Below, piece by piece: positions 41,201 to 49,968 of a DNA stretch of 63,264 bases. Each line of letters opens with the position of its first letter. Position 1 is the first letter of the stretch. The position numbers were made by a program, and so were the translations under genes. The notes under the pieces were generated by a model. That model had not been told where the DNA came from. It did no database searches and saw only the letters and a program-made list of their open reading frames with translations. The DNA is from Candidatus Poribacteria bacterium (GTDB taxonomy: Bacteria > Poribacteria > WGA-4E > UBA9662). The stretch is taken from assembly GCA_036339735.1 (NCBI GenBank), contig JAYZAL010000053.1:1-63264 (forward strand). The letters are read 5' to 3'.

Positions 41201-44200
41201 GAAACAGCTAGTGATAACGTGTTGAAGGTTAAAGCCGAGCTAGTTGATGGGGATTCAGCTTTTCAACCATTGACCACTTTAGTGCCGTTCAGTTCGCCCA
41301 AAATAGCTGAGATTGAGTTCACTCAATTACCTCTTGAACTTCGTGGTAATGGTATTTCGGAGGGGGAAATTCTACTTAAGGTGAAAAATGAAGTCGGCAT
41401 ACCTCTTTCAAACGCAGATATTTGGGTGAATCCATCTGAAGGCGAAATAGTGGGTAGTCAGGTTATATCTATTGGAAATGGTATTTATCGTTGTATGTAC
41501 CGATCGACCGACCGCATGACTACTATAGTCTTGGAGGCAGGATCGAAAAGTGATATATATCGATCAAATTCACAGCCTAAATTATTGAATAACGAATTTG
41601 ATTTGTTAGCAGGAGATGTCTCTCCGAGTAATTCTACGGTGGAAATTTCGGATAGCACCATTTTAGCTAACTCAAAGTCGAGGACGGCCGTCGATATCAC
41701 ATTACTAGATGGTTCTAAAGAGGAAAACCCAATTCAGGGGCAGTCAATTGTGTTATCCGTACCCGACCATTCCGATAAAGTAATTATTGAGCAACCCTTA
41801 CCCACTAACAGTAAAGGTCAAACGACAGGCTATATCCAATCAGCTGTCGTTCATCGATTAGGCCAAGACGTACCACTCCAAATCGAGGTGAAAGTTCTTG
41901 TTCAACCAATCAATGATCAAGGTCAAACTGTTGTACTATCTGGAAATCGTGACCAACCACTGACATTTTACCTTGTTCCTCCTTCTCCAAAACGTATTGA
42001 TTTCACTTCTATCAAATATCAAAATGGGACAGAGGCCGAATGGTTAAATGCAAAAGGGCCATACGATGAGGATAAAAGCCAAGTCATTCTGGAAATTCAG
42101 GTGTTAGATAAAGCTGGTGACCCCGTTGAGCCACTGGAACCAACGATGTATTTGATGGCTTCCGCTGGCCAAATACCCGATCAGGCTGAATATTTGGGTA
42201 GTGGTATTTATCAAGCTATATTTACATCACCCAGTTATCCAGATGATCGACTAGAGATTAGAGCCAAAATCGCGGATTTAGCCAATCAAGAAAAGGCATG
42301 GTTGGAATTTACTCAAATCTTAACCGTACGAAAGACAGACATTATTCCACCTACTATTGAGAAGGCTGAAACTATCAATAGCAAAGAAATATTATTGAGA
42401 TTCAATGAGCCAGTGTTTGGGTTATTGGTCGATAATTGGTCAGTTGACGAAAACCGTATCGATCAAATTATCCCTCAATTTCAGTTCACTCAAAAAGGAG
42501 GTAGCCAAGAATTTCGTCTGATTTTGGTTGCTCCGATTTCACCTCAGTCTGAGCCAATGGTAGCATATCAAACCTTGGTGCTACCTGTTAACACAGATAA
42601 TGAAATTGATGATACCTATTCAGAGAATCTACCTATGGCTCAAGATCTAATTGGTGCGGTGCAAGATCTGTCTGGCAATTTTCTGTCGACGGTTAGCATC
42701 AAAGCTCAGGATAAAATACTACCCGACTTTCAGGCCCAAATTACCGGAGCAAACCAGATTTTACTGACTTTTAATGAACCGGTGATAGGATTTCGGCCAG
42801 ATGTCTACCTTTCTAATCCTGACAACGGAAATCATATCGGTTGGAAAATTCAAAGTGGTGAGTTCAAAAAAGAAATGGCAAACTTCGTTACCAATTTTGA
42901 GCCTCTTGATTCTACTGCAAGCGAAGGCTATCGTCTTTGGCAAGTTGACTTTAGACCCGAATACGATCCGTCCATACCTTGGTTCCTTCCTCTGAAACCT
43001 AATCAAATCCCTAATCAAATCCGATTTGAATATCAGCCTGATCCAACTTCCGCGCAGTTTCAGCCTCAGACTGACCTCAGTGGTAATCCAATTAGTGGCG
43101 AACCCGTAATTGCTACATTCAAAGAGTTACCTGCTATTATTGTGCTGGATACTAAAGGTAACCAATTGGAAAAGACATTATCGGTTTCTGAAGGACAAAC
43201 TATAGACTTAGAAATTATCGTTACAAATGAACGATTCTTAACTGATGAAATTTCATTTGAATCATCCAATGAGCTATTTATAGTAAATATGCCGATAGAT
43301 AATGAAATCACTATTGAGTCGGCAGCACCTATTTATACCTCTCTCTCCGATTATAAAAGTAGTTTAAGTGAAACAGGTAAGTTAGATTGGGTGGATCGAC
43401 TCATCGACGTTCTGGGTGGTAGTGGAAAGAACTTTTGGGCCCGAAACTATAGCGTGACCTTTGGGCATAATATTGCGACTGCTAGCGCACCCAAGGAAGT
43501 TTATCCATTTGTTCTTTCGGTAGAAGACAAAAATTTTCCTAACCAATCTGTCAGAAAAGAACTTCAGTTTGAAGTTAACAATCGAAGTTTGGCTGCTATG
43601 GTAGAAATAGTCAGTGAAAGAAAACAATTGGTTGCAGACGGAATAGATAAAACACCAATTACCGTCACAATAACTGACTCAATTGGTGCCCCCGTAGAGG
43701 ACGAGCAAGTCACATTAGTCACCGATGATGGCAGAGAGTTCAAAACTTATTACCCTTCTCCTTATGTTAGAGGTCATTACCAGGGAGTATATATCACTAA
43801 AAATGACCAAATTGGTGATGTCATTATTACCGCAAGAACTTCGGTAGATGGTGTTTCGGCTCAAATCAAGCTTGATCATTTGCCTGAGCAACCGGACAGC
43901 GTTCATTTAACGATTACTGACTCTGAACTGCCGGCGGATGGTAATTCTACTACTCGGTTGATAGTCACATTGCGTGACAAGAAAAAACGCCCGATTGATA
44001 GCCATTTTGCTTACTTGGATTCTACAAAAAACCCACAATCTCCGACACTTGAAATACAAGAAGTAGAAGTTCGTTTTGATCCACCTCCAAAATATGGTCG
44101 CATTTGGAGTCAAACTCAAAACTTAATAGACAATATGCCGGAAGTTACAGATGATGACGAAATTGACAACATGAATAGTGCTAGATTTGTCGGTGGGCTA

Positions 44201-47200
44201 ACGGGTAAACATCTAGCCTTCTATCAGGCACCAAACGAGTTCTTACCTGATCGAGAGGCTGTTAAAATTGTGGCTAAAGTAACTGTTTTTGACCCGAAGA
44301 AGGGAAGTAATATTACTATGAGTGGCGCGGCATCTGTTATTTTGTATAAACCAAATCGGTTACCAAAGCTAACGATCAAAGGTCCGTTGAGTGAAATTTC
44401 AGGTGAAACATTACCAACACCCCTTTATGAAAACGACGAATTAAAACTGGAATTGATAGTTGAAGACCCAGACCAAGACCCAGTTAACTTGTACGCCGAA
44501 AATCTGCCTTCGGGAGCGACTCTAACCCTTCCAACCGAAGATAACCAAAATGCCAAATTTGAATGGAAACCTACGAGCCAATTAGTCAAGGCAGAAGAAA
44601 AAGAGAAGCCTTTCACAATTACTTTTCATGCATCAGACGGTCGTGGTGGAAGTGTTAGTAGAAAATTGAATGTCGTAGTTAAGCATCTCAGTTCTGCTAA
44701 ACAGATCAGTCTATTTGCTACACCTAATAGGCTGGTTGTTGGGCAATTAGAAGATATTTCGTCTGCTACCATTCGTGCCATTGTGAGCGATAGAGACGGG
44801 ATTCGACAACCTTTCGAAAACTTAAGAATGATGTCCACATTCACACCTGACCCACCTGCCCTAAAAATCACAAATACTGATAAAGAAGTATCGTTATCAT
44901 TGAATACAGAATCCCAGATAATAACAACTGACCTTACTGTTATCGAAGAAGAAGTTGGTGTTTATCGAGCAGTTTTTTCGGCTGGGACTAGTTCTGGCCA
45001 AGTCTCTGTAACAGCTCAAATTGAAGGAACTAATACCAAGTCCAAACCAGTTATACTTGAAGTTTTGCCAGATTCTTTATCAACTTTGTTGGTGTCTGGA
45101 CCGCTGGTCAAAAAGCCGAACCCCATACAATTGGAGGCTGGAGAGAGTGAATTTTTTACGATTTGGGGACAGGATAAATATTACAATCCAGTCCCAATTC
45201 CTCAGGATGAAAAATCTAGTTTACAATGGGCAATAGTGGGAAATATTGGCCAAGTTATGCCGGAGGAACCAATGGCTTCTGAATTTCCTTACCGGCGTTT
45301 CCAATTTATAGCAGAATCAGTAGGACAAGGTGAGATTACTTGGTCAATTTCAGTAAACAATACGAAAATTGAGCAAAAAACTGACAAAATCAAAGTATCT
45401 CCTGGCCAATTGGACCGAGTCATAGTGGAAATGACTCAGCCAGAAAATCTTTCTGCTAGTATACCTATCGGTCAAGAATTGACATTTGAGGCCAAAGCTA
45501 CTGATGCTTTTGGCAATACTATATCACTAGTAAAAGATGAAGTCAGTTGGTATGTGCTCAATGATATTGGAGACCTCGATACTGACTCACAACCGACAAG
45601 CCAGCCGATAGCTGTATTTAGCCCACGCCGAATTGGAAAAGGTCTTATTTCAGCTAACGTAGGAAAATTGCAAGGCCAATCGGCTCCAATCTCAGTGGTA
45701 GCTGGTTCTTTAGATCGGATTGAAATAAAACCTATAGAAGTAGAATATCAGTCACAAGATCCGATTGAAACATTGGCTGGAGACCAAATTCAGTTTTCAG
45801 TTCGTGGTTTCGACAGCACAGGAAATTCAGTCCCAATACCCAACGCGTTTGCTAATTGGCAAATCGTACGAATTGACGATAACAACGAAATGTCTGTTGG
45901 AATTGGTACGTATGAGACGTTGAAAAATGGAATTGGAGAGACAATGGATCCATCTGGTATTTATAACTTTCGGGCGACTACTGTTGGTCTTGGCCGGATT
46001 GATCTAACTTTTAAACCACCAATGGGCAATACTGTTAAATCCCAATCATCCGAAATCAATGTTTCATCTGGCCCGGTTCATAGCTTGAGTATAGAACCCA
46101 AAAATCCTACGGTTATTGCTGGAGAAGAAATCAAGTTTCGTATTATTCCACAAGACAGTTATGGTAACTCTATTTCATTTCATTCTAACATTGCTGCTGA
46201 TAGTGAGGACGACCAGCCGAAATCAAAAGAAAAAATTGAAATTAGCCTAGAATTGGTCATTCCGAGTAATAACCTTGAGCCTATTGCTGAAATTTTGGAA
46301 GGATATAGGTTGAAAGCAAAAAAGACTGGAATTGGACAAGTGAAAGCAAGATTAATTCGCTCAGAAACAGAATCTCTGCCTCTGCATAAACGAACGTCCC
46401 CAATTGAATCATACGCTCCGATCACAGTGGTAGCAGGTCCAGTGGTGAAGGTTGAAGTTCATCCCAAAGAAGATTTTAGCGTTGAAGTTGGCAAAATAGT
46501 AAACTTCCAAGCAATTGGTTTGGATGCACTTAATAACCCAGTACCATTGAATACTGGCCTAAAGTGGACATTGGATCACTTGGAAGGAAGGCTGGGTGAG
46601 ATAGATCAAGAAGGAAAAGTCGAAGTGAACAGTATTGGAAAATCTAAGATCACTGTGAATTTTACTGATCTAGAAAGTGATGAAGAAGACCCTAAGATAC
46701 TAACTGGAGCTTCTGGTGAATTATCTAGTGGTATGCCCATTCCACTGCAATTTACCAAAACTCAACGGCCTAAAACCATAGTCGGTGCAGGACTTGGCAA
46801 AAAATTGACCTTACCTATATCAGCCCAAAATGTGCCGCTCCCCTTCCAACTCTTGAAGGGTTCAATGGTTTTATCTTACCCGTTGGACCTACTTCAGTTT
46901 GACAAAGTGAAAGTCGTTGGTGATTTTACCGTTCAAAATCAGTTAATTCAGCCCGGTCAATTGTCTTTAATGTGGGACTTAAAACTATCACCTGCAACGA
47001 GGCAAGAAGGTGCACCTGTTCATTTTGTTGATTTAGTTTTTACAGTATTACCAACAGCCAAAATAGGAGCTATATCTACAATCGAATCAATCTCTCTACA
47101 ACTACAAGGAAGCAAAGGCTTAATTCCAAGCAATCGACCAAGAGTCGAGTTTCATCTTCTTCCAGATGTAGTTGTCGATCTAGTAATGGTTGAAACGAAA

Positions 47201-49462
47201 AACACAAATCCACTCAACCCAATACCAATTAATACTGATTCGTCAAAGGATAATAAAGTTGCTGACAACTCAACGTTAGAAAATTATGCAGCTACTGTTG
47301 AACCAAATGAAGTAATTGTTTTCGACCTGCGGGTTGATAAGCCTAATCCTTCACCCATTAATTTAGCTAGTGGACAAATTAATATCAAGTCAGTAACCGA
47401 GATCGCTAGTTTCGATTTGATGATAGATCCGTTATATCAACCATCTAATAATGAAATAGCTGAAGATGGACAAGTACTTGAGCAAAAACCGATGATTCGG
47501 ATAAAACCCATTTCTAAAGGTCAAGCTCTAGTCATTGAGGATTGGGATATTGCCTTCGGTAATTCTACGTATCAAGCAATAGTAGCTCAACTCAAGCTAA
47601 CTATTAGTCCAGATGCTGCCGCAAGATCGTTCCCGCTACCTATTACGTCGAATTTTGCGTCTAAGCAAGGCGACATTTTCGGATTGAAAATGTCTAGCTC
47701 TGAGCTATTAGTATTAGACAACAGACCTCCTACGGGTGAAATTATTATCAATAATGGGCGAACACACACTAACCAGCTAACCGTAGAGTTAACTCTGTCT
47801 GTAACTGATTCTGATGGTGAGGTCACAGAAATGTTGATTGTGAATACCTGGCAAGATCCCATTCCTGAAAATGGACAGATTGAAAATAAAGAAAGTAAGG
47901 ATGCTCAACTAGAAACGTGGATACCATTTGCGAATAAAAGAGAATGGAAGTTGACCGAAGAAGATGAGGAAGGAGAAAAATTTGTATATGGTCAATTCAA
48001 AGACCAACTGGAGAATCTAACAAAACCACCTTTGATAGGAAAAATAATTTATGATACTACTCCCCCAATTCCTGCTATTCAAATACCTAGTTTGGACTTA
48101 AAAAAACAAATCGTTACCATTGAAATGCAGCCGGAAGATAATCTTTCTAATATGCTAATTGTGGGTAAAGTGCGGTTGAGTAATGTGTATTTTGACGGAA
48201 AACAAGACAAAGATAGTCAAGGTGAACCGTTAGAATGGTTACCAGTAAAAAAAGAAATGGAGTGGAAACTTTCAACTGGTAGCGGGACGAAAACTGTATA
48301 TGTCCAGTTTCGCGATCCAGCCGGTAATCTGTCTAAAGTAATTTCAGAAGAGGCAGATGTTGATGTCACACCACCAGAGATTGTTGAATTTTCCCCTAAT
48401 GACGAAAAAAACTTTGTTCCTGTTAACGCTTTAGTTACCATCACTTTCAATGAAATTATTGATGAAGAAAGTTTAACAAATAGCAAAATGGAAGTTATTG
48501 GGTTGTCCACAACCGGTAGCAACGAAACTGTTTATAAAGGTAGTTTAGGAACAGTCGGATCAACCATCCAATTCCTTCCGGACAATACTTTTAGTAATTT
48601 AACTGAAATTTCAGTTCGGTTCAAAGCTACTGTTATTGACCAATACCAAAACCCAATCGTCCAAGAAAAGGAATGGGCATTTTCTACTGGCTTAGGTGTC
48701 TGGCCAGGAGATACCAATAACGATGGTGTAGTAGATATATTAGATATCATTCCAATTGGTCTTTATTGGAAAAAACAAACGATTGTACGTGAATCGCGTT
48801 CGTTGATGTGGTTAGTTCAACCTGCACGACCAGCCGTTTCAATTGATGCACTAACTGAAGAAAAGATAGCCACCACCTTTGCTGATGCTGATGGCGATGG
48901 ATTGATCTCAGCAAGCGATATTGTACCAATTGCACAAAATTGGGCAAAAACTCACCAAATACAAAATCAGCCTAGTGATGTTGTTGAAACAGCACCAGCA
49001 AGTTGGCCTAAAAATCAACAGCAATTAGCGGAGCAATTTAACATTTATGAGCAGATGCTCCACCGATTAGAAAAGTTGCCTGATTCGGAAGGGATATTAC
49101 AACTTCGTCAATTTCTTGGTAAGCAGATATCATGGATAAACCAACAGTTAATACCCCATCAGACACAACTTTTGGCCAACTATCCAAACCCATTTAACCC
49201 AGAAACTTGGATGCCTTATCAATTAGCTAAAGATGGAGTGGTTGTTCTGATTATCTACAATACTTTAGGAGAAGTCGTACGTTCGTTTAACCTAGGTTAT
49301 CAAACGGCCGGTTATTATCTTGACCAAACACGAGCTGTGCATTGGAATGGTAAAAATCGAACTGGAGAATCAGTAACCAGTGGTTTATATTTTTACCAAA
49401 TCCAAGTTGAATCTGGTAAATGGAAATACACCGACGCACGAAAACTTGTCTTAGTGAAATAG
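35252..49462 (+). CDS. Giant (4736 aa) secreted multidomain surface protein: LVIVD propeller repeats, IPT/TIG, invasin-type Ig (Big_1), cohesin-like, Big_5, dockerin-like, C-terminal sorting (T9SS/FlgD-like) domain
   Basis: Hydrophobic N-terminus. LVIVD repeats (LACGADGLKVLDVTQPTQP, FVSDSYGGLWIVDLAEPAQP). TIG (PIITGLSP...VTISGRNF). Big_1 (LPADGKSK, LVADGIDKTPITVTITD, LPADGNSTT). Big_5 (DVTPPEIVEFSP...ITFNEIID). Paired EF-hand-like motifs GDTNNDGVVDILD and ADADGDGLISASD. C-terminal LLANYPNPFNPETW...WNGKNRTGESVTSGLYFYQI. Exact start uncertain. Confidence 0.88.
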   Translation: MHNKTRLLLILNLCYFYILLWLSMNLELAVAQNLSTVTGSSGLAKAIDNEGDLIYVGAGSQLFILDAEDVLDEQAERPIWQAALTVPGSIDQIAIHKVTSNKIFAYLSLGANGFGIADVSQPNAPKYVSTLAQIGPSNRFFFDKNEDEDHVYIAGAQGGWHIINIENESSPIVLSSQLVNFPVACVYVHRKKAYVVTKPDGLGQTSELFIYDVTQKTSPTLQSVKVDIEESVQDSVKLNGLAQRIVVRRLDNQKTLAYVALGKRGLHILNVTDIKNIIVNQNLTGITEAIDIALDENNWLYVSDEYIGLHVFEDAKNLDTIGNYSPSNFISRPTVAFSVSSTSKRADLYVVDGLNHAMVLKQDLESKTPWQLIGNWRTVGVVESAIFFRTDSKGTIATANGQNGVSLFTVESNNIKSGDVKSSNQFRTFVDVGSSVSSLTYNQMNGLLYILSSNLTLIDPKQNNKILHQLPLAKSAKSLIFVPSSLVTTSSTLTYLSTDLLEVYDFDTPTTPQLITTVPISNIEDQFLFQLEDKTLICLACGADGLKVLDVTQPTQPNVISTYQTVADGFSRTVEVVDQIAFVSDSYGGLWIVDLAEPAQPTEITRLRTDSVVQDLTINGEFVFLATATRGIQVVDASILHSPKIVKNYLTLGSALSIFEIPRISNSDIQQILVGDASNGAQILSVDLLVPRSPIITGLSPRAALPEKRVTISGRNFNVDATVLFGNLEVPLVEWISEDSIQAFIPKDLKEGLYDLAVVNPDQASSELPSRLKIVGKQAEIFISALTDPDQSLARIDFNSIPLGSKTPPIFPLQIKNNGTASLEIKRIDLPSRKFTIQSSEVLPLTINPDKTELITLRFEPTTILKLEDMVTFHWKTSGQETVSQYTLPVGLTVTGKTESFTILGVGRHLTIDGESIVETAYVDQNYTVEVKILSDDGSTVISSTVSPVRSITNGSAYTYITSIDPRPETGYAPIEIGQQIELSIFYHDPTILSNQFGTPTGLLNLKVDGQEYSGETKIEIKEKHLANREISIDFGILFPKPKVTDITRLDPINPNLADPSGGGGTPLRLHGLNFRPGLELRIQTGLTTDQLTLATEVERVSDNELRALTPIGLPGTDRSVVIINVDGQESSLTNSPTYTYNSVDRISILDPDATVDSERDRLLFAPILTEGVPFTLPISTTKTLQAIGFDKNGYRLALQDTTWEIVGNARGGGIAPNDGKLTTGPKKGDFRIRVTYTTGGINLTATQPITVTAGAPTKIIGVSANPTQLTASTENKLTHCQITVHVTDQQGNPVSDLKMSSQGFSSSKSLNFKAKYSEIESDLPQLGQFSNFISNGDGNYQITYTTPNHLELFKPGISGQYPKRPVRLSIVVNDQIATKPPLNLYPPVAFLTITPKRTIILDLSSISLELLSSLDNFRAKIQQATQLAELNKELKSNGLPIFQPLLMVTENRSGDFLESVPVTYMGNDRYEVLDSSKIQPAPSRSNSSVFITGLSAYKDFSKDVKWQVVPDVISEQLFRLPADGTTNKKFIVHGIDNLGSFVTHKTPILIDGFTQQQVSQEELQISTTVGRLVDENVTDTGYEFVYLASTTQQRKVRIKALSSNANGQIDLQLVSGETANITLQFANNNFLGGVPQLPADGKSKIAFQVTMTDRYRNPVILSEPYNNPVSRSSQIEVTLQMNEEEAQFYFPRSGESTENASNLGTIQNFVDLQNGSYTAEYVAGSRMGTMRLQVKNGDAIAQASLSILLGEKAELQLINVAPYRMNYQLEQNRLFPKGYTPVAGGDIIPLWLVVRDANGNSVSGLRLTVDVDKGQTDEVASEKKTAAADFTSFQNDDWKYPPIKDLYRVNYNPPKTAEKVKVNVIAEDPKSVVTPPLRISKIFELPVVPNRPDSNESTIEIGRGQQMKQPPSDGTESTLATVIVRDKHRNVVPNQKLQLVIVDQPTESTPTIIPLPKSSQQSTASTNEDGQASFELKMKYDVETASDNVLKVKAELVDGDSAFQPLTTLVPFSSPKIAEIEFTQLPLELRGNGISEGEILLKVKNEVGIPLSNADIWVNPSEGEIVGSQVISIGNGIYRCMYRSTDRMTTIVLEAGSKSDIYRSNSQPKLLNNEFDLLAGDVSPSNSTVEISDSTILANSKSRTAVDITLLDGSKEENPIQGQSIVLSVPDHSDKVIIEQPLPTNSKGQTTGYIQSAVVHRLGQDVPLQIEVKVLVQPINDQGQTVVLSGNRDQPLTFYLVPPSPKRIDFTSIKYQNGTEAEWLNAKGPYDEDKSQVILEIQVLDKAGDPVEPLEPTMYLMASAGQIPDQAEYLGSGIYQAIFTSPSYPDDRLEIRAKIADLANQEKAWLEFTQILTVRKTDIIPPTIEKAETINSKEILLRFNEPVFGLLVDNWSVDENRIDQIIPQFQFTQKGGSQEFRLILVAPISPQSEPMVAYQTLVLPVNTDNEIDDTYSENLPMAQDLIGAVQDLSGNFLSTVSIKAQDKILPDFQAQITGANQILLTFNEPVIGFRPDVYLSNPDNGNHIGWKIQSGEFKKEMANFVTNFEPLDSTASEGYRLWQVDFRPEYDPSIPWFLPLKPNQIPNQIRFEYQPDPTSAQFQPQTDLSGNPISGEPVIATFKELPAIIVLDTKGNQLEKTLSVSEGQTIDLEIIVTNERFLTDEISFESSNELFIVNMPIDNEITIESAAPIYTSLSDYKSSLSETGKLDWVDRLIDVLGGSGKNFWARNYSVTFGHNIATASAPKEVYPFVLSVEDKNFPNQSVRKELQFEVNNRSLAAMVEIVSERKQLVADGIDKTPITVTITDSIGAPVEDEQVTLVTDDGREFKTYYPSPYVRGHYQGVYITKNDQIGDVIITARTSVDGVSAQIKLDHLPEQPDSVHLTITDSELPADGNSTTRLIVTLRDKKKRPIDSHFAYLDSTKNPQSPTLEIQEVEVRFDPPPKYGRIWSQTQNLIDNMPEVTDDDEIDNMNSARFVGGLTGKHLAFYQAPNEFLPDREAVKIVAKVTVFDPKKGSNITMSGAASVILYKPNRLPKLTIKGPLSEISGETLPTPLYENDELKLELIVEDPDQDPVNLYAENLPSGATLTLPTEDNQNAKFEWKPTSQLVKAEEKEKPFTITFHASDGRGGSVSRKLNVVVKHLSSAKQISLFATPNRLVVGQLEDISSATIRAIVSDRDGIRQPFENLRMMSTFTPDPPALKITNTDKEVSLSLNTESQIITTDLTVIEEEVGVYRAVFSAGTSSGQVSVTAQIEGTNTKSKPVILEVLPDSLSTLLVSGPLVKKPNPIQLEAGESEFFTIWGQDKYYNPVPIPQDEKSSLQWAIVGNIGQVMPEEPMASEFPYRRFQFIAESVGQGEITWSISVNNTKIEQKTDKIKVSPGQLDRVIVEMTQPENLSASIPIGQELTFEAKATDAFGNTISLVKDEVSWYVLNDIGDLDTDSQPTSQPIAVFSPRRIGKGLISANVGKLQGQSAPISVVAGSLDRIEIKPIEVEYQSQDPIETLAGDQIQFSVRGFDSTGNSVPIPNAFANWQIVRIDDNNEMSVGIGTYETLKNGIGETMDPSGIYNFRATTVGLGRIDLTFKPPMGNTVKSQSSEINVSSGPVHSLSIEPKNPTVIAGEEIKFRIIPQDSYGNSISFHSNIAADSEDDQPKSKEKIEISLELVIPSNNLEPIAEILEGYRLKAKKTGIGQVKARLIRSETESLPLHKRTSPIESYAPITVVAGPVVKVEVHPKEDFSVEVGKIVNFQAIGLDALNNPVPLNTGLKWTLDHLEGRLGEIDQEGKVEVNSIGKSKITVNFTDLESDEEDPKILTGASGELSSGMPIPLQFTKTQRPKTIVGAGLGKKLTLPISAQNVPLPFQLLKGSMVLSYPLDLLQFDKVKVVGDFTVQNQLIQPGQLSLMWDLKLSPATRQEGAPVHFVDLVFTVLPTAKIGAISTIESISLQLQGSKGLIPSNRPRVEFHLLPDVVVDLVMVETKNTNPLNPIPINTDSSKDNKVADNSTLENYAATVEPNEVIVFDLRVDKPNPSPINLASGQINIKSVTEIASFDLMIDPLYQPSNNEIAEDGQVLEQKPMIRIKPISKGQALVIEDWDIAFGNSTYQAIVAQLKLTISPDAAARSFPLPITSNFASKQGDIFGLKMSSSELLVLDNRPPTGEIIINNGRTHTNQLTVELTLSVTDSDGEVTEMLIVNTWQDPIPENGQIENKESKDAQLETWIPFANKREWKLTEEDEEGEKFVYGQFKDQLENLTKPPLIGKIIYDTTPPIPAIQIPSLDLKKQIVTIEMQPEDNLSNMLIVGKVRLSNVYFDGKQDKDSQGEPLEWLPVKKEMEWKLSTGSGTKTVYVQFRDPAGNLSKVISEEADVDVTPPEIVEFSPNDEKNFVPVNALVTITFNEIIDEESLTNSKMEVIGLSTTGSNETVYKGSLGTVGSTIQFLPDNTFSNLTEISVRFKATVIDQYQNPIVQEKEWAFSTGLGVWPGDTNNDGVVDILDIIPIGLYWKKQTIVRESRSLMWLVQPARPAVSIDALTEEKIATTFADADGDGLISASDIVPIAQNWAKTHQIQNQPSDVVETAPASWPKNQQQLAEQFNIYEQMLHRLEKLPDSEGILQLRQFLGKQISWINQQLIPHQTQLLANYPNPFNPETWMPYQLAKDGVVVLIIYNTLGEVVRSFNLGYQTAGYYLDQTRAVHWNGKNRTGESVTSGLYFYQIQVESGKWKYTDARKLVLVK

Positions 49463-49502
49463 ATTCAGGAATAATAGCTGCCTGTCATTTCAGAATTCGT
49501 TT

Positions 49503-49511
49503 TGATATAAT
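49503..49511 (+). promoter_or_regulatory. Extended -10 element
   Basis: TGATATAAT upstream of the AAGGAG RBS and ATG 49544. Confidence 0.45.
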
Positions 49512-49543
49512 TGGGGGGTAGTTAGATAAGGAGTTGAAAACAG

Positions 49544-49936
49544 ATGCTGAAATTTATCACTCGGTTGTTTGAAGGCTCAATGGATATTGAACGGACTTAT
49601 GGGCACTGCGACCAGGCAATCGGTCTACTACAAAGCTATAACGAAAACCCAGATGAATTTTCGGAAAAGAAAAAAACTAATATGGATGAAACCGTCGAAG
49701 TAGCAATTCGAGAAGCAACTAATCTTATCAGTCTGGAAGGCGAAAAAAACTGGATCGGCGTTTTTAGGGAAATGCATTCAAATCTAGCGTCAATTCACTT
49801 GGAACTTGGCGATCGAGACAAAGTAGATTATCATTGCAAGAAACTAGCTGAATATGGAGAGCCTGGCCGTCTAGATGCTGAAGAAATTTTGGAAAAGCTC
49901 GATCAGGCTCAACCCGACACACCATCTACGAACTAG
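49544..49936 (+). CDS. Hypothetical helical protein (TPR-like)
   Basis: 130 aa, strong AAGGAG RBS, TPR-like MHSNLASIHLELGDRDK. Confidence 0.7.
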   Translation: MLKFITRLFEGSMDIERTYGHCDQAIGLLQSYNENPDEFSEKKKTNMDETVEVAIREATNLISLEGEKNWIGVFREMHSNLASIHLELGDRDKVDYHCKKLAEYGEPGRLDAEEILEKLDQAQPDTPSTN

Positions 49937-49968
49937 CTCTGAAGGTTTAGCTTTTACCACTGTTAGCC

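Noticed and set aside
35252-49462. Numerous 60-130 aa antisense/alternate-frame ORFs inside the giant gene and other long genes
   Set aside because: Shadow ORFs without RBS or recognisable motifs, fully overlapping well-supported genes.
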